Part shown: piece after piece, positions 1-8,614 of the stretch
Numbering within the stretch: position 1 is the first letter of the stretch
Layout: every line of letters begins with the position of its first letter
Assembly: GCA_963745835.1 (NCBI GenBank)
Contig: CAVUZH010000008.1
Span: 142,040 to 206,039, forward strand
DNA length: 64,000 nt
Direction: 5' to 3'
Source of the DNA: an uncultured delta proteobacterium
GTDB lineage: Bacteria > Desulfobacterota > Binatia > UBA9968
The notes under the pieces: generated by a model
What the model saw: only the letters and a program-made list of their open reading frames with translations
Told to the model about the DNA's origin: nothing
Database searches by the model: none
Translations under genes and position numbers: made by a program

Positions 1-234
1 TATTTGGTTCTCAAGAACGCCCATGTGCTGCCGCCTGAAGCCCAACTGCTAAAAGACATCCACACCATCGAAGATCTTTTGAAGCATGTAGAAGATGAAG
101 GCGAGCGGCGCGCCCTGGCCAAGAGTATCCAGTTCAAGCTAATCCGCTTGGACATGCTCAAGCGGCGCTCCATGCCTTTGCGCTCGGTGCGAGACTACAG
201 CCGAAAATTGGTCGACAAGCTACGCGCTAAGTAG
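1..234 (+). CDS. DUF1992 (YhdN-like) family protein, 3' part, truncated by window edge
   Basis: LKNAHVLPPE matches the LKNAGxLPPE motif, followed by a helical tail. Confidence 0.6.
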   Translation, partial: YLVLKNAHVLPPEAQLLKDIHTIEDLLKHVEDEGERRALAKSIQFKLIRLDMLKRRSMPLRSVRDYSRKLVDKLRAK

Positions 235-306
235 GCGAAACGGGGGCCTGGCGGCGCTGCTTTTGGTTTTGCCTTGAATGTTCATCCATGATAGACAACG
301 CTCAGT

Positions 307-458
307 TAGCAGGCTGCTGAAAAATACCCATATGCTTCGTTGCGCTCAATCGCCTCGCTGCAACGTACTGTAAGTACGCCTCCGCTCGTCGATTTTCGCG
401 CGCCTCGCCTCTGGATCTTTTTGAGCAGCCTGCGACCAGAGTTTTCAGCAGCATGCTA
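307..458. mobile_element. MITE/REP-like non-autonomous element with 17-bp terminal inverted repeats
   Basis: TAGCAGGCTGCTGAAAA (307-323) vs TTTTCAGCAGCATGCTA (442-458), 1 mismatch; second inner right end TTTTTGAGCAGCCTGC (418-433); no ORF inside. Confidence 0.6.
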
Positions 459-477
459 GACTACGACAGGAGGACTT

Positions 478-987
478 ATGGCGGACGAACAATCTCCAAT
501 CAAGATAAAAAAAATCGGCCATGTGGTTTACACGGTCAGCGACTTGGAACGGACCAGTAAATTCTGGACTGAGATCATGGGCTTCAAATTCTCGGATCGT
601 AATGAAACCGGCATGGTCTTCTTCCGCAATGCAACCGATCATCATACGGTTGCGTTGATGCAAGCCAAGGAAAACAGGCCGCTCCCGAAACGGGGCCAAG
701 TGGGGTTCGATCATTTTGCTCTCGAGGTGGCCACCGTTTCAGAGCTCTTCAAAATTCGTGATTTTCTCAAATCCAAGGGAGTGACCATCACATATGAGGG
801 CCGCCGCGGACCGGGCGGAAATCCCGGGGTCGAATTTCTTGACCCTGACGGTTATCAAATCGAAATTTACGCTTCCATGGACCAGATTGGCGAAGACGGG
901 AGAAGCCGTCCGGCAAACGAGTGGCGGCGCGCAACTACCCTGGAAGAGGCGGTTGCCAATCCATTACCGGGCGCCGAATATCGCTGA
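478..987 (+). CDS. VOC/glyoxalase family protein (extradiol dioxygenase-like)
   Basis: IGHVV, DHFALEV and FLDPDGYQIEI VOC motifs; RBS AGGAGG. Confidence 0.85.
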   Translation: MADEQSPIKIKKIGHVVYTVSDLERTSKFWTEIMGFKFSDRNETGMVFFRNATDHHTVALMQAKENRPLPKRGQVGFDHFALEVATVSELFKIRDFLKSKGVTITYEGRRGPGGNPGVEFLDPDGYQIEIYASMDQIGEDGRSRPANEWRRATTLEEAVANPLPGAEYR

Positions 988-1160
988 ATTTGCTCTCAAA
1001 AGATTGGCTCGTCTGGCCGGACTTGTTTCGGCCATCGACGCGTTAGTGATCTCCGGAGGTATTTCGACAAAATCTGCGCCGACAATCCTCGCGCATGGCA
1101 CGACGGAAACGATTGACAATTCGCGCCGAGACCAACACAGCAATTAGCTAGCCTCATTCT

Positions 1161-2237
1161 ATGATCTCAATCCGCCGTTTGCAGAAACGTTTCGACGTTA
1201 GCGACGGCGTCATCGCAGCCATCAGGTCTCTCGATCTTGAAATAGCGGAGGGTGAACTCTTCGTCATCGTCGGCGCCAGCGGCTCAGGAAAAACTACTCT
1301 ACTGCGCTGCATTGCCGGCCTGGAAACCCCTGATGCCGGCGAAATCCGCATCGGCGACAGAGTCGTCTCCTCTGACAATCCTCCAACCTGGATCCCTCCT
1401 CAGCAGCGCAAGCTGGGCATGGTTTTTCAGTCCTACGCAGTCTGGCCGCACCTTTCCGTTTGCGAGAACATCGCGTTACCTCTGGCTGAGGGATCGCAGC
1501 GGATTCCTCGCCGCGAGGTCGCCCAACGGGTCAAGGAAGCTTTACGGCTGGTGCAATTGGAAGAACAAGCCGATCGACCCGCGACTTTGCTCAGCGGCGG
1601 GCAGCAACAGCGGGTCGCGTTGGCGCGTGCCATCGCGGTGAATTCACGGATCGTATTGATGGACGAGCCGCTAAGTAACTTGGATGCGCGGCTGCGAGAA
1701 GAAGTTCGCGGTAAAATCCGCGAGCTGGCAAAGCAGCTCGGCTCGACGATGCTCTACGTCACCCACGACCAAATAGAGGCTATGGCGATCGCCGACAGGA
1801 TTGCTCTCATGCAAGCCGGCGAACTTCTGCAAGTGGGCGCGCCCTTGGAAATCTATCACAAGCCCAGCTGCGCCGACGTAGCCGAGTTTTTCGGCTCGGT
1901 AAATTGGTTGGACGCTCAAGTGGTCGAATTTGGCGTAGCCGATTCGGCCATCGGCAAATTAAAAATCGAGAGCTCATCAAAGATCGGCGAAAAAGTGTTG
2001 CTGGGGTTTCGTCCCGAGTGTCTTTCGTTGTTCGATCCTGGCGCGCAACTCGACGGCAGTTCCTTCCGCGCCAAGATCGGTTCGAGCACGTTTCTTGGCG
2101 ACCAATTTGTCTACACGGCGGTGGTAAACGGCCATCAACTGTTTGGAAAAAGCCGCACGGTTCCGGAAAGTTCCGGCGGCGCGACATTATGCCATGTGAA
2201 TCCGTCCGATATCATGGTGTTTCCATCCCGAGTATAA
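1161..2237 (+). CDS. ABC transporter ATP-binding protein (Fe3+/polyamine type)
   Basis: Walker A GASGSGKT, signature LSGGQQQR, Walker B LMDEP, C-terminal TOBE-like region. Confidence 0.92.
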   Translation: MISIRRLQKRFDVSDGVIAAIRSLDLEIAEGELFVIVGASGSGKTTLLRCIAGLETPDAGEIRIGDRVVSSDNPPTWIPPQQRKLGMVFQSYAVWPHLSVCENIALPLAEGSQRIPRREVAQRVKEALRLVQLEEQADRPATLLSGGQQQRVALARAIAVNSRIVLMDEPLSNLDARLREEVRGKIRELAKQLGSTMLYVTHDQIEAMAIADRIALMQAGELLQVGAPLEIYHKPSCADVAEFFGSVNWLDAQVVEFGVADSAIGKLKIESSSKIGEKVLLGFRPECLSLFDPGAQLDGSSFRAKIGSSTFLGDQFVYTAVVNGHQLFGKSRTVPESSGGATLCHVNPSDIMVFPSRV

Positions 2238-2285
2238 ACCCAGCATCAACTTGTTTTGTGATCAATGTTAACCGAAGGAGGCTAT

Positions 2286-3389
2286 ATGATCGTGCACAAA
2301 TCAATAGCGCGGCTCGCAACTTGGGCACTGACAGTGATGATGACTCTAGCCACCATGGCTGCGCTGGCTGAGGCCGAGACACTGGCCCAGATCATCGAGG
2401 GTGCCAAGAAGGAAGGCATGTTGCGCGGTCAATGGGGCCAAAACAGCTTTGGCGGGAGCGAGGGATTTAAAGAAATTCTTGCCGGCATGAACAAAAAGTA
2501 CAAGCTTGACCTGAAAGGCCAGTACACGCCGGGCCCTGACATGCAGCGTTTGATGCTGCGCATTATCCAGGAAAACGCCGCTGGCCAACCCGCCAGCACT
2601 GACGTCTATCTGGGCAACGCTCAAGCAATGTTCGATGGCTTGAAGTCGAACCTGCTAAAGCCCATGACTTATAACACCTTTATCGCAGACAAACCCAGTC
2701 CCGAAGGAAAATTCAACGCCATAGCCGCCGACGGCACCCATGTGGCGATCGCCACAGCCGTGGTCGGAATTCAGTACAATACCTCTCTGGTAAAAGGCGC
2801 CGACATTCCCCGGCGCCTCGAAGACGTCCTCAATCCGAAGTGGAAAGGCAAGATCGCTTCAACTCCCTATGCTGCGGGCATGCGGGAATTTGCCACACCC
2901 GATTTTCTGGGGCGCGAAAAAATGATCGACTTCACCAGAAAATTATCCAAGCAGATTGGCGGCTTGATGCGATGCGGCGAGGCAGAGCGGATCACCAGCG
3001 GTGAATTCCTCATGTTGGCCTTCACCTGCGGCGGCAACGACGTCAATGTCTTGAAGCGCGCCGGCGCCCCTCTGGGTCACACGGTAATCGAGGAAGGCAC
3101 CGTGCTGCACATGCGATACGCCGCCGTGCCGAAAAATTCCCGCTCGCCTAACGCCGGCGCGCTGCTGATCAACTATCTGATGAGCGCGGAAGGGCAAGAA
3201 CTATTATGGAGGCATGATGGTTTGGACCTGCATCTATTTCCCGGCTCCCAGACCAAAAGAGAGCTCGAGACAGTCCGCGCCGCCAAAGGCAAGGTCATCA
3301 TCAGCTCGCCTGAGTGGCTCGCCTCTTTTAAGAACTATGCGGAAACACAAAAGGAGCTGGAAGCGATTCTACGCGATGCCGGCAAGTAG
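2286..3389 (+). CDS. ABC transporter substrate-binding protein (Fe3+/thiamine-like family)
   Basis: Signal peptide, AKKEG motif, PKWKGK motif, PNAGALLINYLMS; RBS AAGGAGG before ATG 2286. Confidence 0.85.
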   Translation: MIVHKSIARLATWALTVMMTLATMAALAEAETLAQIIEGAKKEGMLRGQWGQNSFGGSEGFKEILAGMNKKYKLDLKGQYTPGPDMQRLMLRIIQENAAGQPASTDVYLGNAQAMFDGLKSNLLKPMTYNTFIADKPSPEGKFNAIAADGTHVAIATAVVGIQYNTSLVKGADIPRRLEDVLNPKWKGKIASTPYAAGMREFATPDFLGREKMIDFTRKLSKQIGGLMRCGEAERITSGEFLMLAFTCGGNDVNVLKRAGAPLGHTVIEEGTVLHMRYAAVPKNSRSPNAGALLINYLMSAEGQELLWRHDGLDLHLFPGSQTKRELETVRAAKGKVIISSPEWLASFKNYAETQKELEAILRDAGK

Positions 3390-3550
3390 ACGAGCGCGGA
3401 ATTTCGCTCAAGAGCGCACGGACTCTGTTCGAAAGTCGTTCCGTAGCATGTCGAGGCGAGTTTCACCATCCTTACTTTGCTTCTCAGGATGATATTGGCG
3501 GTGTAACGAAATATTCGTTTAAACAAGAGAGTTCGTTTTAGGCTACACAT

Positions 3551-5293
3551 ATGAAACAACTCTTATCGCGATTCGTCGCCGGCCTTGATCAAAGAGGTCA
3601 AACTTCCTCGGCTCTCTTGTCCATCGCCCTTGTGCCGATGGCGGCAATCCTGACGCTGGTGATGGTAATGTTCTGGGTCAGCGTTCAGAAAGGCGCCGTC
3701 GGCACGCCCAGCGCGATCTACACACTCGGCAATTATATCGAGGTTTTCAGCGATCCTTTTGTGCTGCGTGTCGCCGCTAATACGATAATTTTCACAATCA
3801 CCGCAACCGCGGTCGCGCTGATATTCGGCTTGCCGATCGCCTGGTTGGCGGAACGAAGCGACCTTCCAGGCAAGACGCTGATCTACGGGATTATGACACT
3901 CGGGCTGCTGATTCCGGGCATCTATACGGCGATGGGATGGACGCTGATCGCCCATCCGCGCATTGGGATTTTAAACCGCTGGCTCGTCGATATTTTCAGC
4001 CTGAATGACGCTCCGATCAATATCGCCACCCCCATCGGTATGGGTTTCGTGCAAGGATTGAGTCTCTCCGCGTTGGCGTTCATCCTGACCGCGCAGATGT
4101 TTCGCGCCATGAATCCAACTCTCGAGGAAGCGGCGCGCGTCCACGGAATGGGCTACGGTAAAATCCTTTGGCGCGTGACCCTACCCTTGGCCCGCCCGGG
4201 CATTTTGGCGGCCGTAATCTACATATTGACTATCGGGATCGCCACGTTTGACATTCCGGCGATCCTCGGCTTGGGCAATCGAGTCTACATGCTCAGCACT
4301 TTTATCTATTTGAAAGTTCACCCGCAGGGCGCCGGCTTGCCCGAATACGGCATTACCGGAGTCGTCGGCGCGTTCATGATCATTGTCGCCGGCCTGCTCA
4401 CTCTCTGGTACAGCCAGGTGCTACGGCAGGGTCATCGCTTCGAAGTCGTAACCGGAAAGGGATACAAGCCGACGCTCTTGCCGCTTGGCAAGTGGTCCAT
4501 CGCCGCGTGGTGCTTCATCGGCGCTTATACGTTGATGTCGAAGCTCCTGCCATTACTTTTAATTACATACGCCGCTCTGACACCCTATTTCGTTCCGCCT
4601 TCGGTGGCGATGCTGGGAAACCTTTCGTTCAGCCATTTCTACGGCATGGATTGGGAACTGGTCACGCGCGGCTTGGCCAACACCGCGATTCTGGTAGCAG
4701 TGGTTCCAGTGGCGGTGTTGTTGCTGGCCTTTAGCATCTCATGGCTGATCGTGCGGTCGCGCAGCCGGGCACGTTACGCTCTCGAGTTTGGCGCGTTCCT
4801 ACCTCATGCTCTGCCGGAGGTGATCCTCGCGATCGGCGCGTTGCTCCTGTCCTTGTTCGTTTTCGGCAACAGCATCCCGCTCTATGGCTCTGTCTGGCTG
4901 ATCGCGGTGGTCTATGTCGTTGCCCGCCTCGCCTTTGCCACTCGCGCGCTCAACGGCTCGCTCTTGCAAATTCATCGGGAGCTCGAAGAGGCCGCTTTCG
5001 TTTCAGGTCTTTCCACCATCCGAACCGCTTGGCGCGTGCTATTTCCCTTAATTCGCCCTACCCTGTTTTCGGTTTGGATCTGGTCCGCGCTGTTGGTGTA
5101 TCGCGAGTTGACTGTGGCGGTTTTTCTCGCAGTACATGACAACATCACATTGCCTGCAGTCATTTGGAGCTACTGGTACAGCGGCAGTATCAACAAGGCA
5201 TCGGCCGTTACGTTGCTCATGACAGTGGTTCTTGCCCCGCTGATCCTGACGGCGTGGTGGTACGGCCGGCGCAGTCAGATCTCCGCCCAGTAA
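3551..5293 (+). CDS. ABC transporter permease with two TM domains (FbpB-like)
   Basis: Two EAA motifs (LEEAARVHG, LEEAAFVSG) and many hydrophobic helices. Confidence 0.9.
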   Translation: MKQLLSRFVAGLDQRGQTSSALLSIALVPMAAILTLVMVMFWVSVQKGAVGTPSAIYTLGNYIEVFSDPFVLRVAANTIIFTITATAVALIFGLPIAWLAERSDLPGKTLIYGIMTLGLLIPGIYTAMGWTLIAHPRIGILNRWLVDIFSLNDAPINIATPIGMGFVQGLSLSALAFILTAQMFRAMNPTLEEAARVHGMGYGKILWRVTLPLARPGILAAVIYILTIGIATFDIPAILGLGNRVYMLSTFIYLKVHPQGAGLPEYGITGVVGAFMIIVAGLLTLWYSQVLRQGHRFEVVTGKGYKPTLLPLGKWSIAAWCFIGAYTLMSKLLPLLLITYAALTPYFVPPSVAMLGNLSFSHFYGMDWELVTRGLANTAILVAVVPVAVLLLAFSISWLIVRSRSRARYALEFGAFLPHALPEVILAIGALLLSLFVFGNSIPLYGSVWLIAVVYVVARLAFATRALNGSLLQIHRELEEAAFVSGLSTIRTAWRVLFPLIRPTLFSVWIWSALLVYRELTVAVFLAVHDNITLPAVIWSYWYSGSINKASAVTLLMTVVLAPLILTAWWYGRRSQISAQ

Positions 5294-5415
5294 GACGGCT
5301 AGAAGCCGAAAACATGAGCGAGGAAACCTGAACCTTGATTTTCAGGCAAGCTTGTTGTGCTTCTTACTTTCGACTTTTTATGCGATGAATTCTTTCGAGA
5401 GGGCAAAAATCAAAG

Positions 5416-6072
5416 GTGTCATTCATGGATCCCAAGAATCTACTTGAAGTCATCCGGACACGGCGCAGCGTCCGCGTTTACAAAAGGGGGAAAGTCACTG
5501 ACCAGCAGCTCGAGACGATCTTGGAAGCAGCTCGTTGGGCGCCTTCCGGCGCCAACACTCAACCCTGGGAGTTGGTGGTGACTCGGGACCGCGAGAAAAT
5601 GAGACGTATCCGGCAGATCTATGACAATGAATGGCGGGAGAGAAAACGCGAAGATCCGATCAACTACAAAGGCTTGAAGAAGGACTACGTCGGCGATGTC
5701 AGTGTCATTGTCCTGGTCTGTGGCGACGCCAGGACCAAACAAGTTTATCTGACGACGCGGCAACCGGCAGACCGCGAGAAGCTCTTTCAGGCCAGCATCG
5801 CCAATGCGGTGCAGCAGATGATGCTCGCCGCCGCGAGTATGAATTTGGGCACCGTTTGGGTTTCCGTGCGCGAGGAAGTTGAGCCCGAACTCAGAGAGTT
5901 GTTCAAAGTTCCAACGACCCTGCGCCTTCTCTGGGTCGTGCCCATAGGGCATGCGCGCAGTTGGCCCGCCGCAAAGCCGAGGCGCAATCCCGCCGCATTC
6001 ACTCATCTGGAAGTTTACGATTCGCGGAAGCTAAGGAAGGAATCCGAAATCCGAGCTTGGCCCAAGAGCTAG
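5416..6072 (+). CDS. Nitroreductase family protein
   Basis: RRSVRxY, APSGANTQPW, LAAASMNLGTVW motifs. Confidence 0.88.
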   Translation: MSFMDPKNLLEVIRTRRSVRVYKRGKVTDQQLETILEAARWAPSGANTQPWELVVTRDREKMRRIRQIYDNEWRERKREDPINYKGLKKDYVGDVSVIVLVCGDARTKQVYLTTRQPADREKLFQASIANAVQQMMLAAASMNLGTVWVSVREEVEPELRELFKVPTTLRLLWVVPIGHARSWPAAKPRRNPAAFTHLEVYDSRKLRKESEIRAWPKS

Positions 6073-6074
6073 AC

Positions 6075-7586
6075 TCAGGTTGTGGAGATTTCGTATTGCT
6101 GGTGGCCCAATTCCTCGCTCACTTTGATGATGATTTTGTGATTGATTTCCCGCTCCAGCGCCTCTAGGCTGTTGGCCTTCTCATCATAAAGAAAATTGGC
6201 CACGCTTGGATGAAGCCGCAGCACGATGTTCTTGCCATTTTCCAAGCTCGTCTGCTGTTTCTTGACTGCGCGCAAAATATCGTAGGCGACGGTGACAGAC
6301 GACTTGATGCGGCCCCGGCCATCACAATGGGGACAGGGACTTAGCAGTTGATTTTCCAAACTCTCGCGGGTTCTTTGCCGGGTCATCTCGACTAAACCCA
6401 GCTCTGAAATCTTCAGGATGTTGGTGCGGGCTTTATCTTTCTTGAGCGCGTTCTTGAGCGCTTCATAGACCTTCTTGCGGTTTCCTTCTTTCTCCATGTC
6501 AATGAAATCGATGATGATGATTCCGCCGAGATTTCTTAACCTAAGTTGGCGCACCACCTCCGAGGTGGCTTCCATGTTGGTCTTGAGAATGGTCTCTTCT
6601 TGATCTCTTTTGCCGACGAAGCGTCCGGTATTGACATCAATAGCGGTGAGCGCCTCGGTCCTCTCGATGATGATGTAACCGCCCGAACGTAGCCAGACGC
6701 GCCGGTCCAGAGCCTTCTCGATCTTCTCTTCAATACCGTGTCGGTCAAAAAGCGCCTCTTTGTCAGAATATAACACGAGCTTGGATTTGAGCCGGGGCAT
6801 GAAATGGCCGACGAAATCGGCGATGCGGCGGTGGTCTTTGGCCGAATCGATGACCACATGTTCGGTATCGGTAGTGAAGAAATCCCGTATCGTGCGCGTA
6901 ATCAAGTCGAGATCCTGGTGAATCAATGCAGGCGCCGGGGCCTTGTCAGCTTTCTCCTGAATTCGTTTCCAGAGCTTGGTGAGAAACCTGAGATCTCGGT
7001 GGATTTCCCGTTTGCTTTGTCCTTCTGAAGCCGTTCGGAGGATGAAACCGCCTTCGGTTGTACCTAGGGATTGGGCAATCTCCTTAAGGCGTTTGCGTTC
7101 CTCTTCGCTCTCGATCCGCCTGGAAATGCCGATGTGCTTGGTGCTCGGCATAAAGACCATATAACGGCCCGGAAGCGATACATGCGAGGTTATCCGAGCG
7201 CCTTTTGTGCCTAGTGGGTCCTTGGCAACTTGGACTAAAATTTCTTCACCCCGTGAAACCTGTTTCTCGAGCGGCAGCCGCCGGTTAGGCGCGGGTTTAG
7301 GGACGTCATCGAACTCGACGTCGTCTCCGGACGGCGAGATCAGTTGCACATCTTCGGGAACACTAAAGAAGTCCGATGCATGTAAAAAGGCCGCTTTGTC
7401 CATGCCGATATCGACGAACGCGGCCTGCATGCCGGGCAAAACCCGTTCGACCTTGCCCTTGTAAATGTTGCCTGCGATGCCTCGCTCCTCTTTGCGTTCA
7501 ATCAAAAATTCGGCGAGAACGCCGTCTTCCATGATCGCGATGCGGCTCTCCTGGGGAGACGAGTTGATGAAAATTTCTTGCTTCAT
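6075..7586 (-). CDS. rng: Ribonuclease G (Rne/Rng family)
   Basis: GNIYKGKV, LPGMQAAFVDIG, DVNTG, IIIDFIDM, CPHCDGRG zinc link; no long RNase E C-terminal tail; likely start ATG 7586. Confidence 0.9.
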   Translation of the reverse strand: MKQEIFINSSPQESRIAIMEDGVLAEFLIERKEERGIAGNIYKGKVERVLPGMQAAFVDIGMDKAAFLHASDFFSVPEDVQLISPSGDDVEFDDVPKPAPNRRLPLEKQVSRGEEILVQVAKDPLGTKGARITSHVSLPGRYMVFMPSTKHIGISRRIESEEERKRLKEIAQSLGTTEGGFILRTASEGQSKREIHRDLRFLTKLWKRIQEKADKAPAPALIHQDLDLITRTIRDFFTTDTEHVVIDSAKDHRRIADFVGHFMPRLKSKLVLYSDKEALFDRHGIEEKIEKALDRRVWLRSGGYIIIERTEALTAIDVNTGRFVGKRDQEETILKTNMEATSEVVRQLRLRNLGGIIIIDFIDMEKEGNRKKVYEALKNALKKDKARTNILKISELGLVEMTRQRTRESLENQLLSPCPHCDGRGRIKSSVTVAYDILRAVKKQQTSLENGKNIVLRLHPSVANFLYDEKANSLEALEREINHKIIIKVSEELGHQQYEISTT

Positions 7587-7820
7587 AGATACCTTATAGA
7601 AGTCGACGGGATGTACGGAAGAGGCGGGAAATGCGGGAACGGAGTGCCGTTCGGCATCGAAAGTCCCAACAGTCATCGGGGGCGGCTGGTGTCTTTATAG
7701 AGGAAATCAGTTGCGACTTCAAGCAGCATCGCGAATTTGCGCTCGTTTGACATTGACTGACCTGACCCGTATTTTAGCTGTAATCGCGGACTGTAATCGT
7801 CGAGCCATGCCAAAGCTTTA

Positions 7821-8453
7821 ATGAACTATTCCGCTACTATCCCGGTTTATTCCGTACTCAACACCAAGGTACTGATTCTCAATCGTTCCTATTTACCGAT
7901 CCATGTTACTTCCGTGCGCCGCGCCTTTACCCTCCTTTACCAGGGGATCGCCAAGGCGGTTAATGAACAATACCAAACTTTCGATTTTGAGAGCTGGAGC
8001 GACCTGTCGGTCACTGTGCACGACGAATCGGTGGGCATGGTCAATCGGGTAATCCGGGTCCCGCGGGTGATTCTGCTCGTCAGTTATGACCGCATGCCCA
8101 AGCGTCAGGTTCGCTTTAGTCGCTATAATATTTATGCCCGCGATAAGTGCACTTGCCAGTATTGCGGCCACAGACGGCCGCGGCACGAACTCAACCTGGA
8201 TCACGTCATACCCCGGACGCAAGGGGGCACATCCACATGGGAAAATGTCGTCTGTTCATGCCAGGACTGTAATCGATTGAAGGGCGGCTGTACCCCGCAA
8301 CAGGCGGGTATGACATTGGCGCGCCGGCCGGTGAGACCCCAGTGGACCCCTTTTATGCAGGAAACCTTCAGTCTTTCTCGTTATAAGGAATGGCTACCTT
8401 TCTTGAACACCGTCGACGCATCCTACTGGAACACTGAGCTGCTCGAGAAATAG
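7821..8453 (+). CDS. HNH endonuclease (McrA/HNH_5-like)
   Basis: RDKCTCQYCG, LDHVIPRTQGG, WENVVCSCQDCNRLKG. Confidence 0.9.
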   Translation: MNYSATIPVYSVLNTKVLILNRSYLPIHVTSVRRAFTLLYQGIAKAVNEQYQTFDFESWSDLSVTVHDESVGMVNRVIRVPRVILLVSYDRMPKRQVRFSRYNIYARDKCTCQYCGHRRPRHELNLDHVIPRTQGGTSTWENVVCSCQDCNRLKGGCTPQQAGMTLARRPVRPQWTPFMQETFSLSRYKEWLPFLNTVDASYWNTELLEK

Positions 8454-8473
8454 GCGCCTCCGCTTCTCCTATA

Positions 8474-8521
8474 ATCCTATATATAGTAGCGAATGGCGCC
8501 TTTAGCCACTTTATATGGTCA
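8474..8521. promoter_or_regulatory. Tandem NrdR-box-like operators upstream of smc
   Basis: atcCTATATATAGtag (8474-8489) and ccaCTTTATATGGtca (8506-8521), 32-bp period, vs consensus acaCwAtATaTwGtgt. Confidence 0.55.
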
Positions 8522-8527
8522 ATTTTC

Positions 8528-8557
8528 TTGACAGTTATCCGCCTCATGGACTATATT
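8528..8557 (+). promoter_or_regulatory. sigma70-type promoter of smc
   Basis: TTGACA-N18-TATATT. Confidence 0.55.
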
Positions 8558-8614
8558 GCCAAACAATCCATTGATTCACTCCGTCGTTTCGTAAGTGTCT
8601 GACATTAAACGATT

